Origin: Octopus vulgaris
Lineage: Eukaryota
Reading direction: 5' to 3'
Length of the DNA stretch: 64,000 nucleotides
Assembly: GCA_951406725.2 (NCBI GenBank)
Contig: OX597816.1
Coordinates: 65,162,001-65,226,000 of the forward strand
Shown: positions 52,912-64,000 of the stretch, in pieces
Numbering within the stretch: position 1 is the stretch's first letter
How the letters are laid out: each line of letters begins with the position of its first letter
Notes under the pieces: model-generated
What the model saw: only the letters and a program-made list of their open reading frames with translations
Databases searched by the model: none
What the model was told of the DNA's origin: nothing
Position numbers and translations under genes: made by a program

Positions 52912-53930
52912 CGGTTCTCTTTATCACAAGTTTTGTTGGAGCTCCTGGAGTATTGCATGTGTATCGGACTTGCTACCTGCAGCCTTTTCTGAGTATTCTT
53001 ATCGTGCCAAGGAGGCAAACCTTTTGTAACAGTTCTACTGGGCACTCTTTTTCAATTTCTTTTATATTCCTCTTGATGCCTTGTGATACCATTCCCAAGG
53101 ACCTGACAACAATTGGCACTATCTTCACTTTCTTCATTTTCCATAGCCGGGCAATTTCGTACTTAAGAGAGTTGTTTTTTACCTATCTTTTCACCTTCCT
53201 TCTTGATTACTGGTAGGTCAAAGGGGCATGCAACATCAACTATATAGCATATAGCCTATATAAATCCTTCTGCACTAGCAGCATACTGTAGCAGGTCTCG
53301 TTTGATATTTGCGAAATACTCTGCCATGTTTTTTCTTTCACTGATGATGCACTCCCGTACGCTTATCAGACCACGTCCACCTTTACACCTCTTCATGTAG
53401 AGCATGTGTAAGTTCACCTTGGGGAGGAGTGTGCACCATGCAATGTCATTGTCTTTCGGGTTGTGCGATCGAGTTGGTCAATCTCCGCTCGTGTCCATTT
53501 CAGGATGGGTGGACTATAGTGGATACAGCAACTGCCTGTATGTTGATGGCAGTCACAAGGTACCTTGAGTTGAGTTTTGATATCAAGAGAAGTTTAAGGT
53601 ACTTCCAATATGCATCGATGACCTTGTCTTTCATTCCTCTGTGCAAGATACAATCCAGCTCCTGGATCCCAACGTACTTGTACCCATCATCATCCGGGTC
53701 TTCCATTCTCTCTCTGTTTGGCAATTCTATGCCCTTACAATCTGCTCTTTTCCTCCGTTCCAAAATGATTATCGTGCACTTCCAGATACCATATTCCATC
53801 ACTATATCCTTGTTGCACACCTGTACAGTCTCAACCAGCCTCTCCATTTCGGGATCTGTTTTTGAGAACTGTTTTAAATCATCCATGAAGAGAAGACAGT
53901 TGCGACGAAGTCCATTCTTTCTCAGCTCTA
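52911..53930 (-). mobile_element. Second, older R4/Dong-like LINE relic with internal deletions
   Basis: MDDLKQFSK...GYKYVGI; EIARLWKMKKVKIVPIVVRSLG...LQKVCLLGTIRILRK; 3' end abuts (TAC)n/(TAA)n. Confidence 0.85.
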
Positions 53931-54508
53931 TAAGGCTATGTAAAATCTTTCAACTAATTATATTGCTCTGATTGACGGTTTCTCACTAATTGTGTGTTGA
54001 ATGATATATTTACACCACGTATAGAATATATATATTATCGTTGGATATTTCAGCTACAAAGAAGTGATTTTGAATAGCTCAAAGCGAAATCGAACGTACA
54101 TCACAACGTGTACTTGCTGAGATTTTGTAACTACTGTACAATAGTAAGACACTTGAATATCTATATACATGTCAATATAGTTAACATTTTCTAGTTACAA
54201 TGTATTTTAAACAATAACCGTTGAGACAGACATTTACACATTTATGCACGGACACACACACATGCACACACACGTACACACGCACACATACACACACAAA
54301 TACACATACAAGTACGCACAATACAGATAGACGTAGTTATGTGTGTGTGTGCGTGCGTTTGTGTGTGTGCATGTGTGTGTGTTTGTGCGAGTGTGTGTGT
54401 ATGTGTGTGTGTTAGTGTGTGTATGTGGTAAATATAGTCCTTCACTTTTCGCGTACATGAAACTTACAAATAGATGGAAGTGTACTTACACATAAACACA
54501 AGCACACA

Positions 54509-54547
<39 letters not shown>

Positions 54548-54556
54548 ATATATATG

Positions 54557-54633
<77 letters not shown>

Positions 54634-55849
54634 TACATATATTATATTCATATATGTATTTCTATATATGTTGTACAGCTATGTATATGTTTAATTATAT
54701 GTGTATGTATATCTATCTATATACGTGTGTGTATGTGCGTGTGCATGTACGTATGTATGTAATCAATGTGTGCATGTATGTATGTATGTATGTACGTACG
54801 TATGTATGTACTCATCCTTGCATAAATAAATACAAAAGCATATACTGTTCGGAAAGAAGATATCTTCATATGACAGCAAGTTCTTTATATTAATAGCGAT
54901 CGATTTTAATGAAATGGAGTGTTCGGGGGCAAGGCGTTAAAACATTTCTGTCAAAATTTGGCCATTAATCACTCTGGCAACCAACGAACCAGACAGACAG
55001 ACTATGGTCGAATTCACCGTACGATACAAATATTTCCGTTCAACATACTCTTTATTTATTACGTTTTGACTTTTTTTTATATTATTGTTGCCATTGTTGT
55101 TGCTATTTTTATTGTTGTTGTTCTTCTACTTCTTCTTACTTCTGCTGTTATCTCTCTGTTAATTTTTTTTTTTTTTGCTAATTTTTAATTTTTGTTTTTC
55201 ATTAATTTTGTGTTACTCGAAATATCGTCGATCTGTGTAAATTTTCATCAATTCCAACAGAGAACAAGAAAAAATAGGAAAGAAAAAGTATAATCTCAAG
55301 AAATTTTATTAAACCAGTTATTGATTTCTTATACACAACGCCATAAATTTGTAGAAGATTGGAATAAGATTGTAAGATGTCATCCGTACCTCCGAACCTT
55401 TCTCAAGTGCACTGACGTCATAGATTAAGGGTAGAAACTTAGTGAATCTTCCCGTGGAATTCGAAGATGTTTCGTGTCATCTATTTGCAGAAAGCATAGC
55501 ATTTTTATGAGGGATTTGCTAGTGGGGGGAAATCAGTACCCGTAACCGTTTCAAGGCCTCCAATACCAGTGCAAAATGAGAGAAGCTATTTTACAGGTCA
55601 AATAGTACTGACAAATCTAGCGTCCATCAAACAACAAAAATGCACTTTCTCCTATCCCATGCTTACTTTTCCGCGTACAGAACTTTACTTATAATAAATT
55701 GTTTTTCGATCACAAGCTATTGTTAAAAAACATTTGCTTAGGGCGTCTTGCGTGGAATCGAACCCGGCTCCACATATTTGTGATTCTAAACCATACCGTC
55801 TGCTATACCCTCCACCATACACCTGAATAATGTTGTTGCTGCTGTTGCT

Positions 55850-56216
55850 GTTGAGCGAAGCAGTCTTCGTCCCATTAGTGGGAGAAGTCCGAAACCTGGT
55901 CCTTTACTCTTCGTAAGACCCGCAGAAGAGAAAGCAGGTCAACCCCCCGACACCGAGAGCATCGACTGATATGAATGAATGCACATCCAGGCTCAGCGGT
56001 TGCGTAGGAAGTCGGGGACAAGAAACAGAAAGAAAGAGTGAGAGAAAGTTGGGGCGAAAGAGTACAACACGGGTCGCCACTACCCCCTGCCGGAGCCTTG
56101 TGGAGCTTTAGGTGTTTTCGCTCAATAAACACACACAACGCCCGGTCTGGAAATCGAAACCGCGATCCTCCGACCGCGAATCCGCTGCCCTAACCACTGG
56201 GCCATTGCGCCTCCAC
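55850..56216 (-). mobile_element. Full-length tRNA-derived SINE with (CAA/CAG) tail
   Basis: GTGGAGGCGCAATGGCCCAGTGGTTAGGG...GGTTTCGATTTCC head; flanks share TTGTTGCTGCTGTT (probable TSD). Confidence 0.9.
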
Positions 56217-56641
56217 GTTGTTGCTGCTGTTATTTATTTTCCTCCCAGGCTGAATTTTGATCACGTAAATCTCAGGAACAAATGCCTTTGCAGGTATTAT
56301 CCTGTATTGTTAGAGATATTTAGAGGTACATTATATTTAGCGTATACATTACACCTTTGCGATTGTAAAGGGGTGGGATTTGACCGATGTTTGGCTGCCA
56401 TATGTAGTATCTCGAGGAAGAACATAAAAGAACATTCCGTTATTCTTCACTGTTCAATTCAGATCTTGTTTGCTTATGATAACAATTATTTATATTGAGT
56501 TATTCTTTAGACTTATCAGGTGGAAGTAGAGAAGGGGGCGTAAAAGTCATTTCTCTGTCTTCTACTTGTGCAAGTAGAAAGTCTATGAGCAGAATTTGAA
56601 ATTGAATTCACTTCTAATTTATGTCTGCCATATACTTCATT

Positions 56642-56903
56642 GTGGAAGCGCGTAGCTTAGTTGTTAGGGTGTCAGCATCATGATCGTAAGATTGTGGTTG
56701 CGATTCCAGGACCGGGCGACGCGTTGTGTTCTTGAGCAAAACACTTCATTTCACGTTGCTCCAGTTCACTCCGCTGGCAAAAATGAGTAACGCTGTGATG
56801 GATTGGCGTCCCGTCCAGCTGGGGTACACATACGCCATTGAAACCGGGAAACTGGGCCCATGAGCCTGGCTAGGCTTTAAAAGGGCGCATTTATTTATTA
56901 TTT
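56642..56903 (+). mobile_element. Full-length SINE with 12-bp TSD
   Basis: TSD ATATACTTCATT at 56630-56641 and 56904-56915; (ATTT)n tail. Confidence 0.92.
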
Positions 56904-57879
56904 ATATACTTCATTCATAAAAAAGCGAAACTAAAAGGTTCCTATACGATCACTCGATCGACCTACTAGGATTAGATTTCACATAGCTAAACATACCGTC
57001 TAAAATGAGAAGGAAGGATCTACTGGGTAGTGTAGTCCTGCATATACAAAGAGACAAGATGGTCAGGGCTAGAACGCCTTTCATTTTAAATTTAGCTTGG
57101 AGTTAAACAACAATACAAGAGGTTCTTGGAGTAATATTTATCAGTGAAATTGAAAACTTGGAATGTTGATAGCATAACATAGATATTCGAGAAAATACAA
57201 ACAATTAAAATTTCAATTACTGGGCCAATTATTCAAGTATGAACGCTCTATACGCTCACATGAGATGCTGGGAATAGTAGCCAATCCACTCTTGAAATCA
57301 CATCCTACCATCGTATAAACAAAACAAATGGAAGAACATATCAGATTGTATATTGTAGGTACAGTATGGATGGAGGTATAAGGCTCTGATCAAGGCTGGG
57401 ATACGTTTGGTCTAAGATCAGGGCCTAAACAACCCTAACAGGAAGTGTTCTATAAACTGTAGCCAGCCTAGAAAGTGGCTTGGCTCGCTGACACACGTAC
57501 GTTGTCTTCGGCATTTTTTACATTCTCATTAAACAAGTGATTTCATGTACAGACATAAATCTTGGTAGTATTGTTCAAATGATATTCTAAGTAGTGAATC
57601 CATTTTCCTTTGAGAGTCTCTAACAAATGCTATTAGCCTTTCAGTTTCGTTCTCCGACTAAGAGGTAAATTTTAATTCATGCTTCCGTCTTTAAATTGTA
57701 TCAACGTCTATCTTTTCAATGGATGTAAGCGACCTTTATAAAATGAAGAGTTTACTACATGAAATAGAAGCCGTGACGCATAATCGACCAAAATTTAAAA
57801 AAGTGAATAATTATTATTGAATAATATTGCACATAAAGAATAATAATACTACATATTTATTATTATGTGTTTATTTACT

Positions 57880-58700
57880 ACTGTATATAGCTCTGGGCAT
57901 ATATTTAAGCATCCCAGTTTATACTCCCACAATAGAGCAGTCTAAACTTCATTTTCAATATCATTCTGCGACAGATACGATTTCTAATTGCCAGGATGAA
58001 ACTTATGAAAACCACTTACCAACGCTTGGCCAGCACTAAGAAAACTTATGATGATATGTGCTTCCCATACATTTGTCTGGACAAATTTCTCTTGAAATGA
58101 AACATCTGGTCGATTTCGATATCACCGTCGCAATAAAAGTCTGAGCACTGATACTATTTGGTCTCGGATTTGCGGAAGACGAATCCTTATAGTACCAATG
58201 CTCAGACACAAACCTGCTTGAATTCATGAAAAACCTAACAAATCTCTGGTGTCTCGCCGTTGCATTTTGTTTTGTTTTCTCGAATTGCACTGCTATGTTG
58301 TCATAGAGCTGTTACACTATACAAATAAATTGCCGAGGGGTCTGTATTTGCTCATAATCTTCCATAGACTGTCTCTTATCTCTTTATCGAGAGCTTAGGT
58401 TTTGTTGACGTATGTATAGAAATCTCCTGCAGCTTTCAGTTTGATTCTCTGGTAGATGCCCCTTATTAAGGTACTCTATGAGATGGCTAAGCAGGATATT
58501 GGGATATATCTTACCAGTGTTAGACAAGGACATAACAGGGTGTTTATCTTATATGTGGCGATACTCTTCTTGATTGTGTAGCAGTATAATGAATGCCTCA
58601 TTGCCATCCAACTAGAACTTCTACAACCACTCAAGCAGACATAGTTGGCACAAATACATCAGTATATCATTGAGAGCTAAATTTCCTTCTAGATCATACC
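57880..58700 (-). mobile_element. Old RTE (BovB-like) LINE RT relic
   Basis: MSLSNTGKIYPNILLSHLIEYLNKGHLPENQ; RDSLWKIMSKY...QFICIV*QLYD; CMGSTY (YLGSTI). Confidence 0.7.
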
Positions 58701-59516
58701 AAATAAGCATTTGCATGCTTAGATGGACAAGATCTAAATAATCTTTTATACCTGTCTCATGTCTACTCATGTCTACTCCATCTTTTTTCCAGGCCAATAT
58801 ATGTATGACTGCATCATTATCCAAACTGTAAGAAAGGTAGGTAAGGTATTAAGTGAGCATTATGTGGCTCTTATTACAGAGACTCGCTCGTTAGTTTGTA
58901 GACCCGACGTTAACTCTATCTAATGTAAAAACCTCAATAAGCCAAAGTTGTTTCGATATTCAAAAATCCATTTCCAAAATCATTTTCATTGTCGCATGTA
59001 ATTAACGGCGTGAAGCTAAAAGGGAGACCTTGGTAAGGGATAAGAAATAAAGTTGATTTATATGCCGTAGAGACATGGTGTATAACTGACTAAAGGGATC
59101 AATCGATCCTGTCTGTCACACAATACACTTACTTGCACTTCATTTAATACATTCCACCCGCGCACAAGTCAAATAGACATAAACACATTGCACCACTTTT
59201 CGGTCTATCAATGCATGACTACATTGGTAGTTCTTGCTTAATGCTGGGCTCCCCTAATCAATTACAGCTCGTGTTACATTATCCAATATATCCTACATTT
59301 TTAAGGACGGAAATTTGAGAGAAATTTGGCCGTAGTTTCTGAGCTGTATAGCATGGGCATCCTCATGGGCATCCTCATTGGTTAGCTCAGTTAGCTAGAA
59401 GCTTCATACAAGTTTCTCTCAGAGCACAGTATATTTCTGTAACTATAAATGTTCAGGGACCAAAATTTATATTATTTAAACAAGAAAGCTGAATCGATCC
59501 ACTCGAAAAGCCTAAA

Positions 59517-59518
<2 letters not shown>

Positions 59519-59566
<48 letters not shown>

Positions 59567-59628
59567 TTGTTGTTGTTGTTGTTAATGTTGTTGTTGTTGT
59601 TCTTGTTCTTGTTCTTGTTCTTGTTGTT
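59519..59628. repeat. (GTT)n/(GTTCTT)n repeat
   Basis: Directly visible. Confidence 0.95.
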
Positions 59629-60249
59629 TGTACCCCCCGGTCACCGTTGACCAAAGAGAACTATGACCAAAGATATTCCACTGTTGCCTATTTCATCTTT
59701 TTCCAGGCCAATATATTTATGACTGTATTATTATCTAAACTGTCGTTCCCAGTTCTGGCATTAACCCAAGATGATTCCCTTCCACAAATATTCGTAAATA
59801 ACTCTGTGAGAAAACATTGCTGCAGATGAAGTTAATGTTTGCCACTTAAATTAGGCACTGAGAAAGTCAATAACTCAGAAAATGACTGAGTATTTTCCGT
59901 AGGAAATGCGAAAACATCCAAAAGTAGAAAACAGGGTTCTAAAGATTGGAGTCTGTTCTGATTTAGAAAGGAATGATTTGAAGTCCTTCAAAAGTTCTCC
60001 AGGAGATATTACCAATTGTTTCAAATTTAGGCACAAGGCCAACAGTTTCAAGATCGTAGAAAGAGAGTTAGTCGATTATATCAGTCCCAAAATTTAGAGT
60101 AAAGATTGAGTGCTGAGGATGCTGTTAACTCCGATTCTGAATGCAGGAGACGATCTTTCAATAAACAATGAAACAGCTCTGTAGATATTTCAGAGCCTTC
60201 CAACGCCACAGCAGAGCTACCTCGAGACAAATAACGATATAATTGACAG

Positions 60250-60846
60250 AACTCCTGCATACTTGCACGAGCTTTGTTGAGTCAGATTGTGCTACTCTGG
60301 GCCAGATGTTTCTATCATCCTAAATTGGTACTTAACATAATCAACTCAGGATAAATAATAAAGTAAAGTACATTTCAACGAGATTTGAACTCAAAACGTA
60401 AAGAACCAAAAGAAACAACGTAAGACACCAGATATCTCTGGAGACACCTAACAATGTAGGGAACTAAACTCCTGCATAATCGTTGAGTCAAATGTTTGCT
60501 ACTCTGGGCCAGATGTTTTTGTCAACCTAAATTGGTACTTAACATAATCAACCCAGAATGAATAAAAAAGTAAAGTACATTTCAACGAGATTTGAACTCA
60601 GAACGTAAAGAACCAACAAAAGAAATAACGTAAGACGCCAGATATATTTGGGGACAACTAACAATGTAGGTAACAAAAGTCCTGCATAATTGTTGAGTCA
60701 GATGTTTGCTACTCTGGGCCAAATGTTTATGCCTACCTAAATTGATACTTAACATAATCAACCCAGGAGGAATAAAAATGAAATGTTCACTTCAGCGGAA
60801 TTTGTACTCAAACCACAAAGAACCAAAATAAAATAACGTAAGACAC
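60250..60846. repeat. Tandem ~210-bp repeat (~2.8 units) containing a reverse SINE fragment
   Basis: Units start (A)CTCCTGCATA at ~60250, 60468 and 60679, with GCTACTCTGGGCCA and ATTTGAACTCAGAACGTAAAG. Confidence 0.88.
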
Positions 60847-60999
60847 TTTTTTTCAGCGCTTAAACGTTTCATCCAATCGTCGTTCTCGAAGGATACTTGA
60901 ACTAACTGTCATTCGCTTCAGTATGTATCGATACTCGTTTCCCAGGAAGACTATTACGTGGTGATTTGATGCATATGTAAGGGAGGTTATAAATATGTT

Positions 61000-63400
<2,401 letters not shown>

Positions 63401-64000
63401 CTTGCTGGTTCTGTTGCTTAAAATCATTCTGATGATTATTATGATGATGTTGATGCTGTTGTTCTCATCTATAATCCATGCTTAATGTAGCAGATTCTAT
63501 TCCATTTTAAAATAAAAGTCTTTGCTTATTTTTATTTAATGATTTGCGTTTTATTTATTTCTTCTTCAGGTTTCTAGTTTCTTTTACCATTTTTCCTATT
63601 CTCTTTCCTTCTCGAATCTTCTTTCTCATCTCATTTTTTTTTCCTTTTATTATTTGTAAAACCAAAATAACCAATTTTTATTTCTTTATTCTCTTTCAAT
63701 ATTTTCTCATATATTTTCTTTTACTTTTCTTTTTCTATGTTTTTTTCTCCGTCTTCTAAACTTTCTGTTTTAGCAGAACAGATATCTAATTTTATATCTT
63801 ACTGTATTTTTAAATATTTTCTTCCCGTTGTTTAGGTTTCTTTTGTTCAATTTGTTTGTATAGTTCTGTTATTGTGTTTCTTTTCTTTTCTTTAAAAGAT
63901 TGTCGTTGGAACTTAACTTTTAAAATATCTCTGCGCGTGTCTCTGAATAAAAATTGCATAAAACTTCATTTGCGTGTTAAGATTCTTCCATGTTCGTCTG

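Larger units (their letters stand above)
55300..57830 (-). pseudogene. Decayed iGluR/IR-like gene, copy 6: S1 to M4 (interrupted by SINEs)
   Basis: NGYGY*FPPTSK at ~55550-55515 (cf. GYGIGFPKGSP); RMTSYNLIPIFYKFMALC (M4, cf. LxLxNxxGIFYxL); LMDARFV; NSISNSA and LLS*ANK near 56465-56610; hydrophobic M1-like run at 57150-57235. Confidence 0.55.

Overview
This is an AT-rich, microsatellite-dense animal genomic window. The SINE families and repeat landscape resemble those of octopod cephalopods (inference). No intact host gene is present, and most ORF-track entries are translations of (TA)n, (CA)n, (TAGA)n, (TATG)n or (TAA)n. Two layers are visible. (1) Mobile elements: a nearly intact R4/Dong-clade RT + restriction-like-endonuclease LINE in TAA repeats (its three frame breaks are all single-base losses in homopolymers); truncated CR1-group, RTE and other LINE relics; mariner relics; an 8-bp-TSD MITE nested in a mariner; a Helitron relic; many tRNA-derived SINEs; and Penelope-like termini carrying minimal hammerhead motifs. 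(2) Between the repeats, minus-strand fragments repeatedly resemble ionotropic glutamate receptor (iGluR/IR) domains in correct order (ATD, S1, M1, M2, M3, S2, M4). They suggest a tandem array of about six heavily decayed, mutually divergent iGluR-like genes spanning most of the window. These protein matches were made by eye and need HMM or tBLASTn confirmation. Boundaries are approximate.
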